Origin: Alphaproteobacteria bacterium
GTDB lineage: Bacteria > Pseudomonadota > Alphaproteobacteria > UBA9219 > RGZA01
Length of the DNA stretch: 64,000 nucleotides
Assembly: GCA_028278105.1 (NCBI GenBank)
Contig: JANQEX010000074.1
Coordinates: 6,237-70,236, forward strand
Direction: 5' to 3'
Of the stretch, positions 47,000 to 55,271 are shown one piece after another. Under the pieces are notes generated by a model. The model saw only the letters and a program-made list of their open reading frames with translations, was not told the origin of the DNA and made no database searches. Both the position numbers and the translations under genes were made by a program. The stretch's first letter is position 1; every line of letters starts with the position of its first letter.

Positions 47000-48857
47000 G
47001 GGGTTTTGCCTTGCGGGGCGCGGTTTCTTTTTTGGGCTTGTTCTTGTCTTCGATTTGTTGTGCGCTTGGATCATTGCCCAATGTGGAATTTTGTTCCGTG
47101 GTGCGGTCGCGCGGAGCCCGTTTCAGATGGGGGGGAGCGTTTCTTGTGAGTGGGCCGTAGGCGGTATTGCGCGGATGCCGGGGTGGAAGCGGCACGGGTT
47201 TTTCTGTTTCGGTCACCCGCGCGGGAGCATCAGCGGGGGCTGAGGATTTTTGCTGCGCGGGCTTTGTTCCCGGCTGAAGGGGCGTGGCCAGAACGGGGAT
47301 GGGTGAATACTGCGCCATCACCTTTTTGGGATCGACATTCATCAGGGCGCTGAGAATGTGATGGGCATCCACCGGCTCCTTCAAAAACCCGGCCCAGTTG
47401 TTTTTTGATTGATGCATCAGGCGCTTGCGCCACGCGACGATGCCCGGCGGCGTCTTGTCCACCCCGACTGATCCGAGCTTTTCCTTTATCTGCCGGTCGA
47501 AGGCTTCAAAGAAGGCCTCGCGTATTTCAGGCCGAAGGTCCCTCTTGTATCCGCCATTGCTGGAAAGCCTGTATCTGCCATTCTTGGAAAGCAAACCCGT
47601 ATCGAAGGCCATGCGGATCACGCCTTCCTCCGGTATGCCCTTGCCCCTGTTCACGCCAATGACAGGATCCTGTAGCCAGTGTTCAATTTTCGGCGTTCGT
47701 GTCAGGGGCAAATATTTTTCCTTGAGATCCCTCAGCATGCCGCTGAGATTTGGGTCCAGTTCGGCTTTCTGGATAAGGGCATCCTGCACGGTTCTGGGCG
47801 CTTTGCCCTCCAACTCACTTGCAATGGCGTCCTGAACGTTTTCCACGATGTATTTGTAAACCGGGATTTGAAGCCATTCGTTGAAATCGTTCTTCGCCAT
47901 GTTTTCAAAAGCGGTCCACCATTCCGGGCTTGCCGCCCCCGGCTGGCGGGACTGGGCCTTGTTCAGTTCCTGGAAAAAGGCGGCGCTGAATTTCCCTTGC
48001 TTTTCAACATCGCCGGATGCTCCTGTCTCCGCGATCATGGTTTTAATGCGTTGTGGCAACTCGCGTTCAACAATGGCGCCAAGCGCGGCGGCATCATCTT
48101 TAAACCGCGGATGGGCGGCGATGATTCCTTCAACGAACGCCCTTCTGACCATGGCGCCGTCGCCGTCGGCCGCTTTCATGATGCCTCCGACGAGATAGTC
48201 GATAACCCGTTTTCCGTAGCGAATGTCCATTGGGCCGGGCTGGGGCCTTGACCGGGTTTCAAGGACGGCCTTCTGGGCCTCGGTGAGGGGCGGAGGTTCG
48301 GGCGGGGCTTCTGGAGGGGGCTCTGTTGTGGCCGAAGCGGTCCTTTGCGCTTCCTCGGCCGCGGCATCAAGGGGTGGAAATCCGGCGTTCTCGCGTAGCC
48401 GGGCAAGGTATTCGGGACGGAAAATGATGCGGTCGGAGTTTTGTGGCTCGTATCCCTCAAGCGGCATCGTGAGACGGCTTTCATCTTCGCGCACAACCTC
48501 GATCGTTCCATTTGGATAGGAGTCGTCCGCTTCGCCGACCGCATAGAGCGCGTCGTAGTATTTTTTTAGCTCCGACACGGTTAAGGAAAGCGTGGCTGTT
48601 CTCTGGACCAGTTTGGCGGCAGTCCGCAGGCTCAGGTCCCACCCGTTGCTTTCAAGATATCTGTCCGCCTGAGCCCTTGCATGATACATGATTGCATCAA
48701 GGCGCTGGTTATTGATGGCCAGCGCGTATTTGTATTTTAGCACAGGGTCTTTTTGCGCGGCGTCGATAACTTCCTCGCGCGTGGGGTATTGGGCATCGAC
48801 TTCATCGAGGAAGGCCCATCCGCTTTCCTGAAACTGCGATTCAAAAAATGACGGCAT
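46959..48857 (-). CDS. Hypothetical 632-aa protein in a lower-GC segment. Proline-rich linker and Pro/Lys-rich disordered C-terminal tail
   Basis: Long uninterrupted ORF with atypical codon usage. No signal peptide, no recognisable catalytic motifs. The 3' end overlaps the anmK 3' end by about 40 bp. Confidence 0.55.
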   Translation of the reverse strand: MPSFFESQFQESGWAFLDEVDAQYPTREEVIDAAQKDPVLKYKYALAINNQRLDAIMYHARAQADRYLESNGWDLSLRTAAKLVQRTATLSLTVSELKKYYDALYAVGEADDSYPNGTIEVVREDESRLTMPLEGYEPQNSDRIIFRPEYLARLRENAGFPPLDAAAEEAQRTASATTEPPPEAPPEPPPLTEAQKAVLETRSRPQPGPMDIRYGKRVIDYLVGGIMKAADGDGAMVRRAFVEGIIAAHPRFKDDAAALGAIVERELPQRIKTMIAETGASGDVEKQGKFSAAFFQELNKAQSRQPGAASPEWWTAFENMAKNDFNEWLQIPVYKYIVENVQDAIASELEGKAPRTVQDALIQKAELDPNLSGMLRDLKEKYLPLTRTPKIEHWLQDPVIGVNRGKGIPEEGVIRMAFDTGLLSKNGRYRLSSNGGYKRDLRPEIREAFFEAFDRQIKEKLGSVGVDKTPPGIVAWRKRLMHQSKNNWAGFLKEPVDAHHILSALMNVDPKKVMAQYSPIPVLATPLQPGTKPAQQKSSAPADAPARVTETEKPVPLPPRHPRNTAYGPLTRNAPPHLKRAPRDRTTEQNSTLGNDPSAQQIEDKNKPKKETAPRKAKPLKPGSDAAALSSP

Positions 48858-49103
48858 AAAAAAATCTGGTTAAATCCGGTTAAAGAATACCAGATCAGTT
48901 TCCCATGAACTGCTTAAAACACCTTAAAAGCATGGGATTTTTGCGTTCGGCAAAGCCAAGCAAAATCAAGGGGGCGGGAGGCGAAACCTCGCCCAAAACG
49001 TCATGATTTGTTAAAGAAGTAGGTGTCTCGATGGACAAGCTATCCTCAAAGACCCGCCGGAGCTTTAGCGAAGGCGGGCGAGGGGAGGGGAGTCTTCAGA
49101 TCA

Positions 49104-49775
49104 CTAGCTCGCCATGGCCAGGCCCATGCTGGCGGGGTTGAAGAGGGCCTGGTCGAGATAGCTGCCCACGTCGGCGGTGAGCTGGTCGGTGGCGTCGGTG
49201 AAGAAGTGGTCGGCTCCTTTCAGCACGCGGTAGTCGATCCGAATGCCGCGCTGGAAGCCCAGCTTGGTCACCAGTTTTTGCACGGAAGGCTCCGGCACGA
49301 TCTCGTCGTCTTCGCCTTGCAGGATCAGGCCGCTGGTGGGGCAGGGCGCCAGAAAGCTGAAATCCAGCATGTTCGCGGGCGGCGCGATGCTGATGAAGCT
49401 GTCGATCTCCGGGCGGCGCATGAGAAGCTGCATGCCGATCCACGCCCCGAAGCTGAATCCCGCCACCCACACGCTGCGGGCATGGGCGTTGATGCTTTGC
49501 AGCCAGTCCAGCGCGGAGGTGGCGTCGGCCAACTCGCCCTCGCCCTTGTCGTAGGAGCCCTGGCTGCGGCCCACGCCGCGGAAATTAAAGCGCAGCGTGG
49601 CGAAATCGCGCTCCATAAAGGACTGATAGACCGAAAAAACCACCTTGTTGTTCATGGTTCCGCCATGTTGCGGGCTGGGGTGGAGAATCAGCGCAATGGG
49701 GGCGGTCGGCGATTTTCCGGGGCTATAGCGGCCTTCGAGGCGCCCGGCGGGCCCATTAAACAGTACTTCCGGCAT
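49104..49775 (-). CDS. Alpha/beta hydrolase (dienelactone hydrolase / YcfP-like)
   Basis: GFSFGAW nucleophile elbow (GxSxG) and C-terminal Asp/His region. GGGGAG RBS before ATG at 49775. Confidence 0.7.
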   Translation of the reverse strand: MPEVLFNGPAGRLEGRYSPGKSPTAPIALILHPSPQHGGTMNNKVVFSVYQSFMERDFATLRFNFRGVGRSQGSYDKGEGELADATSALDWLQSINAHARSVWVAGFSFGAWIGMQLLMRRPEIDSFISIAPPANMLDFSFLAPCPTSGLILQGEDDEIVPEPSVQKLVTKLGFQRGIRIDYRVLKGADHFFTDATDQLTADVGSYLDQALFNPASMGLAMAS

Positions 49776-49964
49776 TGTTGCTCCCCTGAAACGCGCTGCT
49801 CCCAGCCACAAACGCGCAATATAATGATTCAGAGCCTTGAATTTCAAGGGTTTCGTGAATTTTCCACATTTGGAAAAATATCGTGGGAAATTATGGCATT
49901 AACTATATTTGTTGCGGATTATGAAAATAAAACTCACCGGAAAATGTGGTAGCTTTACCATCGC

Positions 49965-51080
49965 ATGAACCTGCCGGCCACCTATCTCGACTACTGCGCC
50001 TCGGCCCCCGTCAAGCCTTCCGTCGCCCGCCTGATGACGGAGATACTGGACGAGACAGGCAACGCATCCTCCGTGCATGCGTTCGGACGGGCGCGGCGCG
50101 CGCGTGTCGAGAAGGCGCGCGGCCAGATCGCGGACCACTTCTGCGTGAAGCCCGCCCAGGTGATCTTTACCAGCGGCGCGACCGAATCCAACAACACAAT
50201 ACTTAACCTGAGGCGCAGGCGCATCGTCTCGTCCATTGAGCATCCTTCCATCCTGAAAGCCGCGGGAAACGCCGCGCATATCCGCGCCCAGGAAAACGGC
50301 GTGATTGACCTGAACCATCTGGAAGATTTGCTGAAAGCCGAAAACGCGCCGGCCCTGGTTTGCCTGATGCTGGTGAATAATGAAACCGGCGTGATCCAGC
50401 CCGTGCGCCGCGCGGCGGCGCTTTGCAAGGAATACGGCGCGCTGCTGCATTGTGACGCGGTGGCGGCCGTGGGCCGTCTGGCTTTTGGCCTCGGCGATCT
50501 GGGGTGTGACAGCCTTGGCCTTTGCGCCCATAAAATCGGCGGGCCGCAGGGAGCCGGAGCGCTGATTTTGCGTGACGATCTTGAAATAACGCCGCTGTTG
50601 CGTGGCGGCGGGCAGGAAGGGCGGCGGCGCGCCGGCACGGAAAACGTGGCCGCCATCGCCGGTTTTGGCGAGGCGGTCGCGCTCTGCGAGGATGATCTGG
50701 TCCAGGCCCCGCTTTGGCGCGGCTGGCGCAAGGCGTTCGAGCGCGTCATTCTTGACGCCGCGCCCGACGCCGTGATTTTTGGCAAGGATGCCCCGCATGT
50801 GGCGTCCATCATTTCCCTTGCCATGCCGGGCGCGGCGCAGGACATGCAGATGATCGCGCTTGATCTTGAAGGATTTGCCGTCAGCGCGGGCTCCGCCTGC
50901 GGCAGCGGGAGGGTAGAGCCGTCGCATGTTCTGAAAGCGATGGGCGCGGGCCGGCTTGCGGGCAATGCCGTGCGCGTCAGTTTCGGCTGGGCCACGCGCC
51001 CGGAGGAACTGGAAGCCCTGGCCGCCGCATGGACCGGAATTTACGGCAAAAAACGCGGACAGATGGCGTGCGCCGCCTGA
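49965..51080 (+). CDS. Cysteine desulfurase (class V aminotransferase, NifS/IscS-like)
   Basis: SGATESNN motif, PLP-lysine region HKIGGPQG, and active Cys in SAGSACGS. Confidence 0.8.
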   Translation: MNLPATYLDYCASAPVKPSVARLMTEILDETGNASSVHAFGRARRARVEKARGQIADHFCVKPAQVIFTSGATESNNTILNLRRRRIVSSIEHPSILKAAGNAAHIRAQENGVIDLNHLEDLLKAENAPALVCLMLVNNETGVIQPVRRAAALCKEYGALLHCDAVAAVGRLAFGLGDLGCDSLGLCAHKIGGPQGAGALILRDDLEITPLLRGGGQEGRRRAGTENVAAIAGFGEAVALCEDDLVQAPLWRGWRKAFERVILDAAPDAVIFGKDAPHVASIISLAMPGAAQDMQMIALDLEGFAVSAGSACGSGRVEPSHVLKAMGAGRLAGNAVRVSFGWATRPEELEALAAAWTGIYGKKRGQMACAA

Positions 51081-51096
51081 GGGGCAAGAAATCTTC

Positions 51097-51717
51097 ATGG
51101 ACAAGATTATTGAGCTGCCCTTCTCAAACGAAGGGTTCCGTTGCTGGACGTGCCATGAAAGCCTGTCGGGACAGGCGCGGTTTTGCAATCATTGCGGCTG
51201 CATCCAGCCGGTGCGGGCGCTGGATCATTTTCAGCGCCTTGGCCTTGTCCGCTCCATCGACCTCGACCGCGAGGTGCTGGAACGCAATCATGCCGCCTTG
51301 CAAAGAAATTTTGCGGCGGAGCGCTTTACCCTGCGTAGCGCAACCGAAAAGAATTACGCCGCCAGCCATCGTGAAGCGTTGCGGGAAGCCTTTGAGGCGT
51401 TGCGCGATCCCGTCCGCCGCAGCCGCTACTGGCTGGAGCTTCACGCCGGGGAAAGCCTGGCCGCGGCGCCCCAGCCGCCGCAGCTTGTCGAGTTGCGCGG
51501 CATGCTGGATGCGGCCATCGAAGCCGCGCAGCTTGACCATCTTGCCTGCCGCGCGGGGCAGGAGGTGGAGCGGGGCATCCTTCGCCTGCTGGACCGCTTG
51601 CGCCAGAAAGACTGGCAAGGCGCCAACGAAATTCTTGGCGCGCTGGACGGTTTCGAAAACCTGCTCGCCGAAACGCGCCTGCGCCGCGCGGCGCTCACCC
51701 CGCTTTCGGGAAAGTAG
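51097..51717 (+). CDS. hscB: HscB-like Fe-S co-chaperone with N-terminal Cys4 zinc-finger
   Basis: CWTC...CNHCGC zinc ribbon followed by a degenerate J-like domain (DHFQRLGL...ALRDPVRRSRY) and a helical C-domain. Directly downstream of the cysteine desulfurase. Confidence 0.55.
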   Translation: MDKIIELPFSNEGFRCWTCHESLSGQARFCNHCGCIQPVRALDHFQRLGLVRSIDLDREVLERNHAALQRNFAAERFTLRSATEKNYAASHREALREAFEALRDPVRRSRYWLELHAGESLAAAPQPPQLVELRGMLDAAIEAAQLDHLACRAGQEVERGILRLLDRLRQKDWQGANEILGALDGFENLLAETRLRRAALTPLSGK

Positions 51718-51720
51718 CCC

Positions 51721-52461
51721 GTGTATTTCTCGAACCCCGCGCTCGCCGGCTATCTGGCGGAGTCCGGCGTCATCGTTTTTGACATGAACGGGCTTATTGT
51801 GGATGACGAGCCGGTTCAGTTGCAAGCCACCAACGCCGCGTTGCGCAAGGAAGGATACGATACGCAATTATCCGAACGGCAATGGGTCGACTGGTGCGTG
51901 GGACGAAAACCCAGGGAATGGCTGCCCCTTGTCTTGCAGCACGCGGCGCCTGACGAAGAAGCCATCCTGCGCATCATGGGCAGCAAGGACGCCATTTACG
52001 CGGAAATGATCGGATTTGAGGCCCGCGGCATTGTGCGCGCAGGATTTTATGAGTTAATTGAGAGCATCAAGAAACAATCCGGCAAGAAGCTGGCCGTCGC
52101 AACGTCTACGACACGCGGCGGAATGGAGATCATTCTGGGCGAGAGAAATCTCAACGTGCTTCATTTGTTTGACTATGCCGTTTGCGGAGATCAGGTTGCG
52201 CAAGCAAAGCCGGACCCCGAAATCTATCTGAAGGTCAAGGCGCATTTTGGGGAAAATTTGCGCTATCTGGTTTTTGAGGACTCCTCGCCGGGAATCATCT
52301 CGGCGGCAGGCGCGGGCATGACATGCATCGCGGTGCCCAACCGGTTCACCATTTTTCAGGACTTGTCCATGGCCGCGGCGGTTATTGACAACATGTTGCC
52401 CTTTGCGCGCCCTGTTTTGGAACCATCATGCTCCACGGAACCAAAAAAATGCGCAACATGA
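51721..52461 (+). CDS. HAD-superfamily hydrolase (subfamily IA)
   Basis: Motif I VIVFDMNGLIVD and HAD core. Confidence 0.65.
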   Translation: MYFSNPALAGYLAESGVIVFDMNGLIVDDEPVQLQATNAALRKEGYDTQLSERQWVDWCVGRKPREWLPLVLQHAAPDEEAILRIMGSKDAIYAEMIGFEARGIVRAGFYELIESIKKQSGKKLAVATSTTRGGMEIILGERNLNVLHLFDYAVCGDQVAQAKPDPEIYLKVKAHFGENLRYLVFEDSSPGIISAAGAGMTCIAVPNRFTIFQDLSMAAAVIDNMLPFARPVLEPSCSTEPKKCAT

Positions 52462-52561
52462 TGCTTGTGCGCCTGCACGAATACAAAGCCGGGCTTTTTT
52501 GTTGTTAATAAGGTCTGGAACTGCCCGGCACGATCACACGCGGGCTTGGCGGCGATGCAGA

Positions 52562-53203
52562 TTACCGTACATCTGTTGCGATGCGCATCTGAACGATATG
52601 ATCGGGCTTGTCCACCATGCCGTTATTGGCGCGGGGACCCTTTTTCAGCCTGTCGATGGACTCGATGCCGTGGATCACGTGGCCGAAAACGGTGTATTGA
52701 CCATCAAGGAATGCCGCATCGCCGGTGCAGATGAAGAACTGGCTATCGGCGCTGTCGGGGTCGGCGGCGCGGGCCATGCTGACCGTGCCGCGCACATGAC
52801 GCTCGCGCGAGAATTCGGCCGGAAGCTTTTTGCCCGATCCGCCCGTGCCGTCACCCTTGGGGTCGCCGGTTTGCGCCATGAAGCCGTCCAGCACGCGGTG
52901 AAATTTCAGGCCGTCATAGAAATTCCTGCGCGTCAACTCCTTGATGCGCGCCACGGTTTTCGGCGCAAGATCAGGGCGCAGTTCAATCACCACGCGGCCG
53001 TATTCGGTGTCGAGAAACAGGGTGTTCCCCGGATCGCGGATGGCGACAGGAGCGGGGGCGGATGGCTGGGCGGCGGGCGGCGTTGGGGTCACGGGCTGTT
53101 GTCCTTTCCGGGGTGTGTCGACGGTGACGGCTTGTGCGGAAAGCGAAACGGGTGCGGCAACCGCAAGAACCAAGGCAAGAAACAGGAGGGAGAGGCGGAA
53201 CAT
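52562..53203 (-). CDS. ppiA: Peptidyl-prolyl cis-trans isomerase (cyclophilin type), secreted
   Basis: Signal peptide plus cyclophilin motifs (FHRVLDGFMAQTGDP, GTVSMAR). Confidence 0.85.
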   Translation of the reverse strand: MFRLSLLFLALVLAVAAPVSLSAQAVTVDTPRKGQQPVTPTPPAAQPSAPAPVAIRDPGNTLFLDTEYGRVVIELRPDLAPKTVARIKELTRRNFYDGLKFHRVLDGFMAQTGDPKGDGTGGSGKKLPAEFSRERHVRGTVSMARAADPDSADSQFFICTGDAAFLDGQYTVFGHVIHGIESIDRLKKGPRANNGMVDKPDHIVQMRIATDVR

Positions 53204-53257
53204 GGGAAGACCTCAAGGCGGAAAGAAAGAGCCGGAATTATAGAATAAAGACTCCGG

Positions 53258-53761
53258 TTAGAGCATCATCTGCAAGGCGCGCGATTCGGCCTTCATGCGA
53301 AAACGCACCCACAATGCCGCAAGCCCGGTGAAAAAACAACCGGCCCCCCATTGCTGGAAAGCCAGCGACAAAACCATGATTTCCAGCATCAGCACCAGAT
53401 AGATGGGATGCCGCAAAAAGCGGTAGGGGCCGGTCGTGACCTTGAAGGCCAGCGGCACCGCGATAACGCGCGCCGTCCAGTGGCGGCCCAGATGATAGAT
53501 CGCCCACCAGCGCAAGCCTTGCAGCAGGGCGAAACCGGCCAGCATCGGCGCGTTCGGCTCCGCATGCGCGGGCGTGAGGAAAGCCAGCGCGCCAAGCCAC
53601 AGGGCGTAGACGGCAAAGATGGGCAGGCGCTGGCGCGGCGCGAATTCCCGCCCGCCTTCATCCAGCATCTTGCGCGCGTTCAACTCGCCCAGCATCACCT
53701 CCACCACGCGGGCCATGGAAACCAGCAACAGGATGGCAATGAGGGAGGAGTTGAAGATCAT
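53258..53761 (-). CDS. Isoprenylcysteine carboxyl methyltransferase (ICMT)-family membrane protein
   Basis: Multi-TM protein with C-terminal ICMT/PEMT-like motif (RHPIYLVLMLE). Confidence 0.6.
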   Translation of the reverse strand: MIFNSSLIAILLLVSMARVVEVMLGELNARKMLDEGGREFAPRQRLPIFAVYALWLGALAFLTPAHAEPNAPMLAGFALLQGLRWWAIYHLGRHWTARVIAVPLAFKVTTGPYRFLRHPIYLVLMLEIMVLSLAFQQWGAGCFFTGLAALWVRFRMKAESRALQMML

Positions 53762-53942
53762 GAGTGAGGCGAAGAGACAAAGACAGAGACGTCCAAGGCA
53801 AACATATACCCATCCGGCGTCCCCGTCCCCGCTTTTCCGCCTCCGCAAGCGTCAACCTCGGCGGAGCCGGGCGCGGGGATAAACTCCAGCGGGGGCGGGC
53901 ATGACGGATTGCTTTTTGGCGTGTGTCCGGTCATAAGTACGC

Positions 53943-54105
53943 TAGGGTCTGAACTCAATTAGAAATGAATCAAACCAAACAGATAACTGCTCATTCCGGC
54001 TTCATGCTGGACCCCGGCTGGAGCCTGTCCCCGCGAAAGCGGAGGCCGGGGTGAGAAGTTGTTTTTTTCGAATAAAAAACCTGCTTAATTGAGTCCAGAT
54101 CCTAG
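53943..54105. mobile_element. MITE-like element, complete copy (163 bp) with both TIRs, flanked by TA
   Basis: GGGTCTGAACTCAATTAG ... CTTAATTGAGTCCAGATCC with TA on each side. Internal CCCCGCGAAAGCGGAGG hairpin. Confidence 0.75.
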
Positions 54106-54203
54106 TATAATGTACTATGATAAATATTTATAGTACATTGATGTGAAACATAAATAATGGTAGTTGATACGAACCGCGTATCATGCTAAAGTGAGTCAAC
54201 GGA

Positions 54204-54485
54204 ATGATCCTGTCGTTCAGATGCGGCGAAACAGAGGGTATCTGGCAGGGGCGGGCTTCGCGCAGGTTTCCGCGCGCGATTCAAAACAGGGCCTTGCGGA
54301 AACTCCGCCAGCTTGACGCCGCCCGGACACTTGATGACTTGCGTGTGCCCCCCGGCAATAATCTTGAAATGCTCAAGGGTGACCGCAAGGGACAAATGAG
54401 CATCAGGATCAACGGCCAATGGCGCATCTGTTTTGAATGGCAGAAGGGCGATTCATCGGGAGTCGAGATTGTGGACTATCATTAG
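54204..54485 (+). CDS. higB: HigB toxin (RelE/ParE superfamily, plasmid maintenance system killer)
   Basis: HigB-type sequence (LKGDRKGQMSIRINGQWRICFEW...VEIVDYH). Upstream of higA with a 19-bp gap. Confidence 0.8.
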   Translation: MILSFRCGETEGIWQGRASRRFPRAIQNRALRKLRQLDAARTLDDLRVPPGNNLEMLKGDRKGQMSIRINGQWRICFEWQKGDSSGVEIVDYH

Positions 54486-54503
54486 AAGAATGATGAGGCT
54501 GTC

Positions 54504-54857
54504 ATGACAGGCTTGACCAACCCACACCCCGGAATCATTCTCAAGGAAGAGTTCTTGAAGGAAATCGGCATGAGCCAGAACCGGCTGGCCGACGCCATCC
54601 GGGTGCCGCGCAACCGCGTCCACGCCATCCTTAAGGGCACGCGCGGCATCACGGCGGACACCGATTTGCGTTTATGCAAATTCTTCGGCCTGTCCGACGG
54701 TTATTTTTTGCGGCTGCAAAACGCTTTTGATACCATGGAAGCCCGGCGCAAAATTGCAAGGCAGGTAGCCCGGATCAAACCCTATCAGGAAGCAGCCAGC
54801 AGCAAACATATACCCATCAGGCGTCCCCGCGAAAGCGGGGACCAAGTTGTATTGTAA
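54504..54857 (+). CDS. higA: HigA antitoxin (XRE HTH)
   Basis: Antidote HTH signature (NPHPGIILKEEFL...SQNRLADAIRVPRNRVHAILKG). Low-GC islet. Confidence 0.8.
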   Translation: MTGLTNPHPGIILKEEFLKEIGMSQNRLADAIRVPRNRVHAILKGTRGITADTDLRLCKFFGLSDGYFLRLQNAFDTMEARRKIARQVARIKPYQEAASSKHIPIRRPRESGDQVVL

Positions 54858-54874
54858 TATCCAATAAGCAAAGC

Positions 54875-55165
54875 TCAGATGATATAGTCTGATAAATCGT
54901 TCCATGGCGGGTTCATTTTTTCGATGAGTTGTTTCTTCCAGTTGCGCCGCCACTTTTTTATGCGCCGTTCGCGCGGGAATGCTTCATCATGCGTTGAGCA
55001 GGATTCATAATACACAAGCATTGTTAGCCCGTGTTCCTTTGAAAAACCTTCAATTAACCCGTTTTTATGCTCGAACATGCGGCGCAGGAGGTTTTCCGTC
55101 ATTCCAGTATACAGAGTGCCGTATGGTTTATTGGTAATGATGTAGACGAAAAATCTTTTTTCCAT
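54875..55165 (-). CDS. GIY-YIG nuclease-family small protein
   Basis: FFVYIITN...LYTGMTENLLRRMFEHK GIY-YIG motif. About 96 aa, low GC. Confidence 0.75.
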   Translation of the reverse strand: MEKRFFVYIITNKPYGTLYTGMTENLLRRMFEHKNGLIEGFSKEHGLTMLVYYESCSTHDEAFPRERRIKKWRRNWKKQLIEKMNPPWNDLSDYII

Positions 55166-55271
55166 CTTGAATCCATTTCAAACAAACTGGGTCCCCGCTT
55201 TCGCGGGGACGCCTGTTTTCTTCTCAGGTTCGATTGTTCATTACCATGCTGCCGCTATATCTCATTTCTTC

